Below are positions 38,342-51,312 of a stretch of DNA of 64,000 bases, one piece after another. A program made the translations under genes and the position numbers. The notes beneath the pieces are model-generated. The model searched no databases, had not been told where the DNA came from, and was given only the letters and a program-made list of their open reading frames with translations. The DNA comes from Marsupella aquatica. Its lineage: Eukaryota; Plantae; Marchantiophyta. The stretch's first letter is position 1, and each line of letters starts with the position of its first letter. The DNA lies in NCBI GenBank assembly GCA_973895155.1, contig OZ316893.1, positions 23,706,015 through 23,770,014 on the forward strand. Direction: 5' to 3'.

Positions 38342-39612
38342 TTTGTCAAAAAAGATTATAGTGCAGGTTCTCAAGGAGCTGTCTAAAGTCTATAAATTGG
38401 AACCAGTATTTGCCAAGGTATGCTAAATTCTAGTGAGCTCAGCTTGAATTTCATTCAGATTCTTCTTTTGTTTTTTATCTTATTGGATGTTTCATGGTAG
38501 AGGTTCAATTGCCTTTCCTCCTTTCTCTATTTAGTCTCCTATATATCTAAGCAAGTTTGTGCTCTACCAAGGACTCATTTCCACCAAGAATGAACTTGGT
38601 CGGAGGTTATCTCTTTGAAATCAGTCAGGTTTTTGATAAATTAGTACATGCTCTCAACTGTTCTTGCAGGATGGGTTGGTTTCCTGATTGGTTCAGGGCA
38701 TCGTGAAGGCATCTAAGAAGCTTCAGCAATATACCACAGTTCACATCCAAAAAGTTGTGAAAGGAGCAGACCTCAAACAACATTTGCTACATCTCTTGCT
38801 TGATAAGGCATTAAAGGTATGCTTATGTTAAGTATGTGTTGTTTGATCAATAACTACCAAGTTAATGTTGACTACAGAGGGGCTGAAAACGGATTCTAAG
38901 TGAATGTTCTGTTGTGCAGAGGTAAACTCACTATCTAGCAAGCTGAGATGGCTTCTGATGTGCCAAGGATTGATATATTTTCCCATAAGGAGCACCACCG
39001 CATGGATCCCCCTTGTTGTTTCTTTTGTGATGAGACAAATGATGTGGTATTTTGTGATGGGCCTTGTAGTAGACATTTTCACTTTGTTGGTGGAAAAGGT
39101 ATGCAGGGGCCCATTTGCACTCCTGTCACATTGCCAGAGAACAATGACTGGAGGGCACCTTGGGTTTGTCAATTGTGTGCTGCCGGCAGAGCTAGATGCT
39201 TTGCTTGTGGACTCATTGGAAGATTTGAACATCCCACTGCACAGGAATCTCTTGTGCTCCATTGTGCCCACCCGGATTGCTTTTCTCATTATCACCCTGG
39301 CTGCCTTAGGGTGTTACTTATGGTTGGGGCACTGCCTTAGAGGTCTCATCCAACCAATCCAAAAACCCTAATATGCCCAAGGCATTTTTGTGAGTACTGT
39401 AAAGTCTACAAGGATGGGATTAAGGACTTTGTACAGTGTCGCAGGTGCCCTCGAAGTTGGTGTCATGATGAGACCTCTGAGGGAGTGAAACACCTCAGGA
39501 GGTGTGTCAAGGGCAGGGACCATTGGGATGTGGAAGGGTGGCGTTTCATTTACTGTCATAGGCATGCAATATTTGAGGGCAACTTGGTCCCTATTCAGCC
39601 TCATACGTCTTA
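38342..39612 (+). pseudogene. EDM2-like / NSD-type composite PHD-finger gene (exons ~38342-38417, ~38670-38816, ~38920-39612), one in-frame stop
   Basis: CFFCDETNDVVFCDGPCSRHFH..WVCQLC..CFACG..CAHPDCFSHYHPGC, then reading through TAG 39338-39340: LICPRHFCEYC..VQCRRCPRSW..FIYCHRHAIFEGNLVPIQPH. This is colinear with the EDM2 PHD cassette as recalled. Confidence 0.75.
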
Positions 39613-39999
39613 GAGTTTGTGAAATTGATAGTACAAAGCAAACTTCTTCTTTTGGCTAATCACATGTGAACAATAACCAACAAGAATTGTTTGTGTTGGT
39701 CTTTAAATGTGGTTATGAAAAGGTTTTTTGAGCAGTCTCTAATTTGATTCATATTGTGTTGTTTACTGTGCTGGATGGCAGGTTCATTATGTATGGCAGG
39801 TTCAATATGTGTATGTGATTGTATTTAGAACCCTTGATGCTTTAACTTGAACGAATTGATTGCAATGGCTACCCAGTTTGTAAAACTATTGCACAAAAAA
39901 AGGGATGTGGTGACTGATGGGAAAGATGAAGAACCTATAGCTGTGTTGGCCTTCAAAGAAGGACAAACCTTAGCTGATTTTTGAAGTCAAATTCCTGAA

Positions 40000-42900
40000 T
40001 TGGTTGATTTTGATTTTGATTTCTGGGATTATAGGCTTCCTGGTCGCATGAAGGTCAACAGTGAGAAAATGACTGAGTTGTCTGAATTGGATGGGAAAGT
40101 TGCTGTCATTGAACAAATTGGATCCCTACCTTCTGCTAGGACAGGGTTCCCATCAGTTTCTGCTGCTGTCACCCAATTGGCTGCAGTGGACTCTTCCCAG
40201 GGTGAACAGCTTCAAGAAGCTCCCCCTGTGAGAGCTTCTTTTGAGTCTATTTTGATGTCTAAGGTGGCTATCAAAGTCTGGAATGATGAATTTACAAGAT
40301 TGGAGAAGTGGATTCACAAGAGTGGTTATAAAAATCATAATTGGAGAGTTCAAACATGGGATGAAGGACAGGATGTGTGAGGCCATCTGGAATGTCTTGA
40401 GTGTAGAGTGGTCTATGGGAGGGCAGATAATTCCCAAGATAAGAAGTCAATTGCTAATTTGTTCAGCAATTTTAAGACCAAGCACCTTGCCTTTGCTAAA
40501 CACAAAGACAATTACTGTAGGAGAAGGGGTATTGCTATGACTGGGGTGAAGTCCTCTGATCTTGCACAGAAGCTTGAGTTTGATTATGAGGGTGCCATAG
40601 CAACTGGCCTAGAGATAGTCCAGAATCTGAATGCTGAGTGTGGAGGTGATGATGAGTTATTTCATGTGCCCCCTGTGCCTGGTCCAGCCAATAATGCAAA
40701 CAAGTGGTTCCTTTATAAGGTTCGTTGCAAAGTCTGTGGGGCAATCATGGATTTGGTTTGTAAGAAAGGGACTTTGGATCACAACCTGAGGACACACTTG
40801 GTCAGTCGAGGTCACCTGGATGTAGTTGAAGCCAGAGAGAATACTGCTGAACTTGCATTGAGATCTGGAAAGAGGGGCAGACCAAGGAAGCCAGATGAGA
40901 GGGATCAACATCCTTCACATAATTCAATCTTAAAATTCTTCAAGGAGGATGCTTCCAATGCAAGCAGCAGCTCTGGCACAGGTGGGTCTAGAGACATTGA
41001 TGTGGGCTTAAGTTTGCTTTGTTGGGGAATATGGGATGAATATGTAGAGTGGAAGAATGTGAAGTATGCTGTGAAGGGTATCTTGCATGATCAGCAGGGA
41101 GGACATGTCTGGAATTTGGATGCTGCAATCTCTGTTCATGTCTACAATCCTAGCACAAATTCTACTGTACATATAGAAGGACTATTTAGGCATGAAGATT
41201 GTTGTAGGTTGTCCTTGTATGGTGGGGGTTTTCTGAACCTAACTTGCAGTAGATGTCATGCTATAACACTAGAAGATGACTTTCGTGGACGGGTGCACAG
41301 GGAAGCGGAGGCTTTAGCAAAGAGAGGGGAAAGAAGCACACAGGGTGGTTTGAATGCACGTTATTTGACACGTCCAGAGTTGAGTACACAAATGCGTCAC
41401 TTGAATGTCAAGAGAAGAAAGGAGAGATGGTTGTTGGCACTACAGACTCAGAAAGTGTGTGCCCTGAGTACTAGGAAGAGAAAATTGCAAGAATTGTTAG
41501 GAGTAGCTGCAGACAGAAAAGATTTGAGACTTTTTTTAAGGAGTATTGTCAATGGTCATAGGAATGGTGCATTTGGTGGAAAAGAAGGTCTTTGGGATTT
41601 CTTGAAGGATATAGGTAGAAATTTGGAGAGAAGTGCAAGGGGGTTTCGCTACAGTCAAAAAACAAAAGCCATTGCTCAGGCTATGTTTCAATATGGAGGC
41701 CGGCAGGTGGCACATGTTTTTGCAAGAAACTTATCTGGGCCAAGCCTGAAGACACTAAAACGAGACAGAGCAAAATTTGTGCAATTTTGTGCTGGGATTA
41801 GGCTAGAAACATTCAAGGAGGTGGCTCGAATTCTGTCTGCTACAAAGGAGATGTTGGGGATTGTAGGGGATGTGCCTGTCATGCTTGCAGAGGATGAAAC
41901 CAGGATCAAGGAAAGCCCACGGTAAGTCAATTACAGTAGCACATAATGATGTGATTGGAGTTTTAGGGTTTAGGACTATTTCTGATGCATGTAGTTTTGA
42001 ACCAATTCTTTGAATCTGACTTAGTTCTCATTGGGCTCTGTGCAGGTGGGAGGCCAAATATGACACTCTCATTGGTTTCTGTGGCCAGAAGGATGGGCAC
42101 ACCTGTGAATTTGGATTAGAAATTCTTGTAGGTGATGGTGAGGATGGCTATAACAAGATTGTTAATACATTTGAGGATTTTAACAAGGGCATGTATGCTA
42201 GAGTTGTCATTGTGAATCCATTGCATGTTGGAATGCCAAAGTTAGCCCTCTGTGCTATTTCAACATGTAACAAATTCAAGGCAGAATGGGTTCGGGAGCA
42301 TTGGGTGCAATTGAAGGAATCTTGGGATGTGCATTGCAGAGACTCTATAGGTCCTTTGCTTGGGCATGCTAGTGATGGTGATGCAAGACGCAGAAAATTG
42401 ATGTTGGAAGACTACAGAGGAGCAAATGGCACTTACCCTAGATTTTCTGTAGGGTGGGAAGGATGGCCTTACTCAGTTGCCATATTGCCTAATGGGGACC
42501 TCTATGGTTTTGGTGATCAAGACCAACCTCATAATGGGAAAAAGTTGATTAACCCACTAGATCGAGTGTCCTCAATAATGGCACTTGGAGACCAACATGC
42601 TTCTCTGTTTCATGTTTGTAATGTATACAATCATTATCCAATTCATCAACATGGATTGAATTGGGATGATGTGAACAGATCTGACCGTCAGAATTGGACT
42701 GGTCCTCAGAGGATAGCATCAGACAAGGTGCGTGAATGTTTAACAGATCTACATGCAAGAACTGATATGTTGTATGAACGAAGCTTGGGGACCGAGTTGT
42801 ATTTGCAAATCTGTGCAGATTATATTGACATTTTCTACTCCCAGAGACATGATCTGAGGACAAGAGTCAAACTGGCAGGCAAAGTTTCTTGGTTCTTTCG

Positions 42901-43459
42901 ACTGTGGAGGTTGTGGTTAAGGTATGGTGATCATGCTGTAGGTGGAAATGTTGCTTCACATACAGAGAAAAATATGATTTCAATCCAAGCTTTTCATGAT
43001 GTTAATATGTCTTGCCAATTCATTGTGTTGCTTGTATGTGCATTTCGTGATAAATTTTCTCACTTGTGTATTCCATTTCATGAGTTGGGTTCTGATTGTT
43101 GTGAGATCTTTTTCAGCAAGGTAGGTGGAATGAGTGGCCATGAGAGGAATAATGATTTTGGCTCTTTGTTGGATAGTGTTGTTGGGTTGAATCGTCTTGC
43201 TAGATTAGAATGTGGACCAGAGGGCTTGAAAGTAGCTCGATCACATAAGAAGCAAGATCATGTGTGGGCCAAGCTTCATCCTTTACTTGAAGGTGAAGAT
43301 GCACCTAATCTTTTTGATTACTCTGAAGTGCAAACTAATGAGTTGGTGGTTGCAGCCTTGAAAGAAGGATTTGAAGAAGCAAAAGAGTGCCTTAGAAGGT
43401 TGCAAATGTCTCCCCGAAGTGATCTGCCAGCATCAAGAAAAATTCCCTCGGATCCATAG
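40000..43459 (+). pseudogene. P-superfamily-like DDE transposase with N-terminal zinc fingers; intron 41922-42045; premature stop 40378-40380
   Basis: CLEC..HL..KH and CKVC..HL...H fingers, AT-hook-like KRGRPRK. Catalytic-type motifs AEDET, HASDGD, DQPHNGKK (DxxH), DRQNW and SDCCEIFFS. Splicing restores SPR|WEAKYDTLIGFCG. Confidence 0.8.
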
Positions 43460-43514
43460 TCATGGTAGTGGTTTAAGTAGGTACAGGGGATAGGTTAGGG
43501 GAATAGGTTAGGGG

Positions 43515-43574
43515 GTGGCATATTTGGATACTTGAGCTTCTTGCTCAATCAGGGGTTCAATTCCCCTTTGCCAC
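43515..43574 (+). other. tRNA-like fold lacking a full D-arm
   Basis: Acceptor-like gtggca/tgccac; stem ttgag/ctcaa with 7-nt loop cttcttg; T-arm agggg-ttcaatt-cccct. Confidence 0.4.
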
Positions 43575-44026
43575 ATACACTCATTTAGATTGTTAACTCA
43601 ATTTCCTTTTGGTGCACCTCCCTTTCACATGAGACAAGCATAGGAGATTTCAAATATGAACAACTCATATTGTATATTGCTGAAGCTTCTACTAGAATTG
43701 AGATTCTTAGTGGAAGCATCAACACTATATACTATAAGTTTTTTATGATGAGACATCATGGATGCCAAAGGAGCATAGGAGGGTTTGACTAAGACTCGAA
43801 TAATCTTGACAAACACTCAAAAAAGGTGCGCATTTGAAAGAACTTTTCTTTTCTTAGTAAGGTATGTTTAAATGAAGGCAAAACTTTACTTAACCTTTTT
43901 TAGGGGTCAAATTTTAAGGATTTGGAATTCTTCTAAGTATGATAAGGAGGGAGAAAAAAATATTTTACTTAATAAGTTAGGGTCACAAGGGACCAAAACG
44001 TCGAGGGTGGTATGGGGACCTCTGTA

Positions 44027-46500
44027 TACTGAGGCCCCTGAGGAGTTGGCCCACACTTATGAGGGCGATTCGCGAGAAATAGCGCTATGACATGCATGGT
44101 TTTCCCCATTCCCTAAAAAAATCCAAGCCAAGAAACGGTCAGGGGCCCACTCACTTGCAGACAAGGTGCGCGCGTACCCCTAACATACTCCAAAAATACC
44201 CCCAAAGTATCCCGCTGAATGAAAATAATGAGTGCAACTTCGGCTTAATTTGGGGGCTTTTGTACCTGGTCATCCGCCAACATCCCACCAATTGGAGAGC
44301 TTTTTCCGGATTTGCGTTCCAACATCCATGCAAGACCAATCCGTTGGTGTGGATATAGAGCTGTAGTCATTGTACCAGGTGGAGGGCATGCCTCCTCTGT
44401 CAAGTGAGACCCTTGGATATCAATCTGCGGATCCCGCTCACAGCCAAGTTAGATATGCTTGAACATTGTTTCTGAAAAAACAGTAATCACACAACAAAGG
44501 AAAAAAATCGCTAACCTTTCCACTCTCTGTGGCACACTCTTCCCAGTGAATGTCTTGTTCTGAATGCTCGTCATCCTCCACTTCATCTTCTTCTTCTTCC
44601 TCTACCTCTTCCTCTTCCTCCACTTCGATAGCCCTCCTCTTCGCTGGTGAGTGACTGCCACTCGGATTAGAGTCCTCTCGCCCTCTCTTTGAAGCACGAG
44701 GCAAATTTGGTTGTCGTGAAATGTGACTCGTCCTAGCCTCCCATCCCAGACTCTTAGTTGGAACATGAAATAGAACAGAAATCGGAGGTGACCCTGGTAC
44801 TTCTGATGCAATTGCACCCGACGATTTGTCCTCCTCTGTAGCTGAGACCTCTACTTTTGATGTTGGTGCAGCATTTGGTGCCTCTCCTTCTAAAAGTGAC
44901 ATCTCTTCTTCTGATGTCGGTACCTCTGCCAGTACTGGTGGTGCGGCTGCCTGTAACTCTACCAAAACTGGTGAGTCACCTCCACTCGACATAGACTCCT
45001 CTCGCTGTATCTTTGAAGTAGGATAATGAATTGGGAAAGTACCTACTTCTGCTGGTGCTGCTACTGGTACCTCTACTATAGCTGGAACACCAGGATAATA
45101 AATTGGGAAAGTACTTGCTTCTGCTGGTGCTGCTGCTGGTACCTCTACTATAGCTGGAACACCAGAAACTGGCGGTAACTCTGAAATTGGGCTACGTTGT
45201 GATGCCTCTGCATCATAACCTGCATGTACCCTGGCACCAAGACCTACCAGAACCTCACAACATCTCTCGTCACCTCCACTCTCACCTTCTCCACTCGATG
45301 TCTCACTGCCAACTTGTTCTGAATGCAACCCAACCTGCCTTTCCAATTCTAATATGCGGACTCTCTGTCTGTCATTTTCTTTCATCAAATCGAGGACCAA
45401 TTTTTTATGATTCTCCACTGCTTCTCGTAGCATGTCCGATTTTTCTGCAAGATCAACCTCTAGCGCACGTATGTGCTGTGATAGAACACGCATGCACTCT
45501 GGCATAGAGGGCGGCGATTTGTGCTCACCCTGAGGACATTTCTGTTCATCCCTGGAGAATTGGGGCGCAACCTCCAATGGCTGCCCCTCACCGTCAGACG
45601 CACCATCCCCTTCCTCATCCTCTCGTGAGCCATCTTCTCCTTCCTCGTCCTCTCGTGATCCGTCATCCCCTTCCTCGTCCTCCTGTGAGCCACTATCCCC
45701 ATCCTTGTCCTCTTCTGAGCCAGCCTCCCCTTCCTCGTCCTCTTGTGAGCCATTTTCCCCTTTCTCCTTGTCGTCCTCCTCATGATCATCTTCGTGTTGT
45801 TCGACCATAAGCTCCTCCAGCGAATACCCGTAGTGTACAAGAATCTGCGTTATAGTAGTGCCACAGTAGCAAGGAAGTCGTTTGTCTACGACACCATTCT
45901 TCGATAGGTGTGACTTTAACCTAAGGATCTCACTCGTCAGATTATCGTACACCAAATGTGCCCAATCAGGCTTCACCACGGGAGTTTCAGCTCCTCTAAA
46001 ACGATCACGTACCCTAATCGTATCCCACCAATACGCCCAGTATACCCACATGTCTTTTGAGGTGACTTGAGTGGGTTTGCTCTTGCCTGAGAGCAATTCA
46101 GAAATCGCCCTGATTATCCCACACCACTGCATATATGGCGCAGTGATTTTGTCTAGACTGTATGGGTTGCCTTTCGTCTTGGCAGAAAACATGGAATTTA
46201 GTTGACCTTGGACCAACCCAGGTTTAAATTGGGCCCATTCTCCAGACGGAAAAGCAAATGCAGCTTGCAATACCTCTCTGTTGAATGTGTGAGTTGCACC
46301 CTGGAATGACACACAGTTTCAACCTTGATCATACCCTACTGCAAACTCCTTTACAGCAGGAATTGCAACTCTGGGCCAGTTGAGTTCAAACATGGAACCA
46401 AACCAGCTTTTCTAGCTAAATTATGGTCTGCAGGGGCCATCCCTAGATAATGCCGTATTACCCTCCCCGAGCATGACTTCCAAATCGTCTCCGTCACGAC
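44027..46500 (-). pseudogene. 5' exons of the SNF2 gene: TE-type N-terminal domain, acidic/coiled-coil region, Q-motif and motif I
   Basis: ORF 46312-44516, then exon 44424-44266 (LYPHQRIGLAWML...GGMLADDQ) and exon 44112-44027 (GMGKTMHVIAL). Both are bounded by AG/GT. Confidence 0.82.
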
Positions 46501-47246
46501 TGTACAAACAAAGCAGGCCTTAGTTGCGCCATTCTAACAATCGATCAATATACTTCATGCGGAATTAAGAACCAAAGGAGTTGAGTGAAAGAGGGGTACA
46601 TACGATCTGTGATATCCTCGTCGCTCTGCATCAACAATGCAACTGGCGCTGGACGATCATGTCGACGAACCATACTTTCACCAATCCTCCAACGTCACCC
46701 CGCGCTCGTCGATACTTGCTTCCGTCGCTAACACCCCAAGTGTTATCCAATGGCAGACTTGTCAGCCACAAAGATCTACGAAACCTACACAATCAAAGAC
46801 TGGAGCTCAGGAGCTTGCACCATTGCCCAAAGCTTATAAGGAATTCCTCATAGGGCATTCATGTGCGCAGTGGCATGCATCATTTAGTCACTGCAGTTTC
46901 AGTAGTAGATCTCACAACAAAGATTCTGTCTCCGATCGGTGGCACCGCCCTTTCACTACCCCAACGTACATTTTATCACGTTCCCAAGTAACCTGGTAAT
47001 ACCCATCCATTATGTCACGTCCGACCTAGAATCCAATGATATTCGTGACCCGTGCCGTCCCCGATCATACCCCGTGCGAAGCACCATAGCGTCACCATCA
47101 CAGGCTCATGTCTGACCTGCATCTCACACATCCTACGGTTTGCATCCTGGTCAGTATTCAGTTATTGACAAAACGGCGCCTCTCAAGTGTTGTCATATCC
47201 CATAGTATCTTTCTTTTTGTCGTACTTGGGACTTTCCATGGTATTA

Positions 47247-50200
47247 CTATACGGTATTCCACCGTACAGGGATACCATGGTGAAGTCCAATTGCACGAAA
47301 ATCAAGCCTCAACGCAACTAATCTTTGAAAGGTGATGTGTTCATCAATTTGTGACGCTGCCTTGTAGATTGGGCAACTTGATCGAGAACCCTGTACAGAC
47401 AACCAGCTCACACCAACCTTCCCGAGGTCCTTCTCATTATCATTTGCATTGTGCGATTCTGCCATGTCATCCCCTCCCTCCTCCTCCTCCTCCTCGTCAG
47501 AAGCACCGTCCACTCCTACATCCCCCGCTTGCATTTCCGTTGCCGCATCGCGCCTGGGAAGGAGGACTTCCCTTACAACACACAGGTCAGGGACGGAAAG
47601 TGAGTCCGCTATTGCAATCATTATGTCCCCTACCTCTGGGAAAGGAGGGCAGTTTGCAATTGTGGTAGGGAGTTCCCGTACTAAAGTATCTCCAATCTCC
47701 AAGGCTACAACCTCCCTCCCGCCTCTTCGAATTGGGAAGCACTTGTGTAGAATTCTTGACATAGGCCTACAATTGTTGCCATGTGCGTGATATACTTTTG
47801 GTTCCAAAAGAGTAAACAGGGAATACTCATCTCGTTCCCAAGACAGTAAATTTCGCCGAGGATCCTGTGTATACTGTTGTTTATACCAATCCGCCTCAAA
47901 GAATATGTCCATGTGGCCATCGAATTCGTGCATGAAAATCTTTTGGAGTACTGCTTTCCAGTTTTGAGGATGTGAAGCATCTGTACTCCCATCTACCAGT
48001 ACAACAACGTGATCGCCAGGCCTGTACACTTCAGCTCTCCACACAGCTGATCACAATGGAGTGCAAGATTCACTAATTTCGTGGTCCTCACTGATGTTGA
48101 ATACTCCAACATCTGTCCAATGCTGCTTCAATGACATCCTGGCGGACAGCCCTAGTTTCTTTGTCAGCTTCCTATTTGAGCCTATGCCAACCCCTTTGCT
48201 CAACAACATGTGCTTGCAACCATATGACTCCACAGAGGATATCATACTATCCCACAATTCCATCGCTAGAATTTGACTTGAAACTATTGGCACCAAATTC
48301 CCGTGTCAGTGTGGGCATTCAGATGGTGGTACAGTGACTCTACACCTGTGCTCCTTACGATGCTCCGCAGGTACACGCAGGGATGCATGAACTTTCTCCA
48401 AAGCCCTCTGATGAGGGAAAAGTCCATCGTCATCTTCCCAAATGTACGACGATATTTTTGTGAAAAAGCGTCGTGCAAAATGCGGGGCAAAATGAAGAGA
48501 ATAAGTGACTTCCTGGTCCTTCTGATTTGTTCTGGTCCGTCCATAGTCTGATACCATCCTCTCGAAGCGGTAGCACCAATAAACATAGTGTGGGCCATGT
48601 CGTTCTATCCCATCAAATATCTCTCCGCTCCCTAAAAATTGGGATCAAAACACATTGGGATTAGAACATCACCTCAGTGCAATGATGGATCGACCAACAA
48701 TGAATACCCACTGTCATCATGGTCATGTAGCAAGTGTAAACAAAATGACTCACCAGCAACATGCTCTAGAATTGCTCCATTTGGGCCCCAAGCCTCTTCT
48801 GAGCGAACTCTCCAAGAAGCCAGTAGAGACCTGCCTTTTTTCAATGTGGCTGTAGTCCAACCCTCTTGTCTACTTCTGATATAAAAGAGGTGTGCAATCT
48901 CTACCAAAAGAATCCCAAGCGTCCCAAGGTCAGAGTGGACACTAATGTCCATCTGTTGGAGGATATGAGGCAGACAATACAATATGAATCGCGTGAAATC
49001 TTCAGCCTTGAAGTATCCCAATCTTTCAAAAGGTTGTTTAGGCCACCTTCCATCAAAACCTCTCAGTTTCCTAGTAGTAACCTCCTCCAGAGCATCTTCA
49101 AACTGTTTTTGATGTTGACGGGGAACACTCGAAACTAGAAGCTAGCAGTATTTCTTGAAAAGGCACAAGGCAAGGATATGCATTGTATCATACACCAGAT
49201 CCTTGCTCAAACAAAATCCAGTAAGCTCATGTAGTCGCCAAGCCCTGGTCATGTTTGAAATCCCGCACTCCCTGCTTATCTTCATCCTCTCTGCAGTTGT
49301 TCGTGCCCTGGTCATGTTCCTGGCCGCCTCCCTCACCTCTTCAATTTTCCGTGTAGGTGGTGGATATCTCATCTGCATCCTATTGTTGTCATACATAGCC
49401 CTTCCCAGAAAACCTCGGGGTTGTGATTGGTCAGTCTCCTTTCGAGGATGATCAAACTTGCACTTCATCCATCGAGTGCTCATTTTACAATTCCTACAAG
49501 CGGAATAACCTGTAACATTCCAGCCCCCAAATTTACATTGTGCGGGATGATCTCCAGTGAAAACTGCTAACAGTGCTCGTAGCACACACCTGGAGTCATT
49601 CGGTACATTATCCTCTTCAGCCAATAATTCCACAGGGTAATTGTAATCCACCTCTATCCCATCCACAAACAACTCCTCCAGTTCTCTTATGAATGGTTCT
49701 AAGAAAGCATCCAAGCATTTCAGCTTTTTTTTTCCTATGTCGTCGTCATCACATGGCAGGATAAAAAGAACAGGGATAGGTGGAATTTTGGTTTGAGACC
49801 CGGCGCTTAAAACTTGGACCTCTACAGTCCAGGTGCTTTTGTGGGCAGTCTTGGCAGACTGAAATCCATCCCAGTGTGCCATGAGTGCAATATTTTGGGG
49901 ATCACCCTGCATGCGGTGGGTCACACTAGTTAGACAAAAGTTACTCTATCATAACCCATAAATACCCTAAAAATACCCAGACCATACCCTGGTCATACAA
50001 AAGTGCGCAACAACAGTAACGCAAGAAGAAATCACTAACCTTTGCAAATTGTTTCGGGGCCGTGACTCGAGATCCGCAATCTGAGCATTGGAAGTCGTAT
50101 TGTTTGCTGACATTATCCCAGTTGGCAGTATCCAACAACTCAGGACATTTATTTGGTGTTGTTGAATAGCAAGCATAACAGTTTCGGCATAACACGGGAA

Positions 50201-51312
50201 TCTCAAACTGTGTGCCAGTGTCCCAAAAGTAGGATAGCTCGGAAGCATGGTAGCCGTCCCACCATTCCTTGTACACAGGTCTGGGCATGGAATCCTTCTT
50301 AAACCACTTATCTTTGTCCCTCCACATTGCCTGGAACTCATGACAAACAGATCGACTGCTACATAACTTCCGCAACATGGGACCAATGAGGAAATATTCA
50401 AACCGGAGCATCTCCTTGCGAGCCGTGCCGCAACCATCCAATGGGCAACGTTCCGAACAACGCAAACAATCCCTGGCTAGATGCCACTTCGTCCCTGCGA
50501 TTGAACAACTGCACTTCAATCCAGTTCGGACATTGTAGTCATCTTGGTGCGACGGCGGTAGGACTACGGGAGCATGCCAGTTTGGCTTCTGTCCAATACA
50601 CATTCTCCACCGCTGCGTTTTTGGCATACCATATGCCTCAAACGTTCCACACAAACCCTTGAATGATGACAATGCATCAATTCCATGGCGTCCTCCGTCC
50701 CATGTCACACCAGCGTGCCTTAGGAGTGCGCCCAGTCCTACATTTGCCATGTCGGATGGAGGGTCGGGTGAAGGTGTCAAATTTGTAGATGGGGGAATCT
50801 GAATCTTCCCAAATAGCATTTTCAAAATGCTATCCTGCAATGCTTGAGGCATTTTAGCCTCGTCAAGCATTGATTGTAATCTCCAAGTCTGTCGATAAAT
50901 TGCTTTGTCCATGATCAGTATTCTTCGAGGCATTATGTGGATACCATACTGCATGGGAAGCGTCTGACCAATCCCATCAACATATATCCAGGTCCTGCAA
51001 ATTGTTTCTTCCAACGTCATCATTCCCGTCTCCTCCTGTAAGTGCCCTGTACAACAAAGTTGGGGCCATATATCTGTGTTCTTGTCAGGACATTTGAACA
51101 CCTAAGAAGCTGGCAGAATGACCATCTTGATGCGATAGGCCATGGCCATCCGGATGCCCACGGTCCACTAAAAACTTTGCAGGAATGACCCTGCCTGTCT
51201 TGTCATAGTTTGCATGTCGTCTTCGATTCCTTGGGCTCACAAAATCATACCCATCCCGTAAGCGCGAACATTTGTACTGACAGGTGCATCGTTCCTTCGG
51301 TTTTGGCGTCAT
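47247..51312 (-). pseudogene. EnSpm/CACTA-type DDE transposase with C-terminal BAH-like domain; multi-exon, several in-frame stops
   Basis: CTCQYKC..RRRH, EWWDG, HWDGFQ, FTGDHPAQCK..GYSACRNC, YDTMHIL, FKAEDF, HGPHYVYWCYRFER, then VYRPGDHVVV..WKAVLQKIF..FFEADWY. In-frame stops at 49142, 48306 and 48051. Confidence 0.88.

Larger units (their letters stand above)
36138..44024 (+). mobile_element. 7.9-kb P-element-like DNA transposon nested in the SNF2 gene
   Basis: Separates SNF2 motif I (44424-44027) from motif Ia (36102). Junctions ctaagTA|tagggtt ... ggggacctctg|TAtactgag. Contains a transposase and a PHD gene. Exact ends uncertain by a few nt. Confidence 0.8.
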
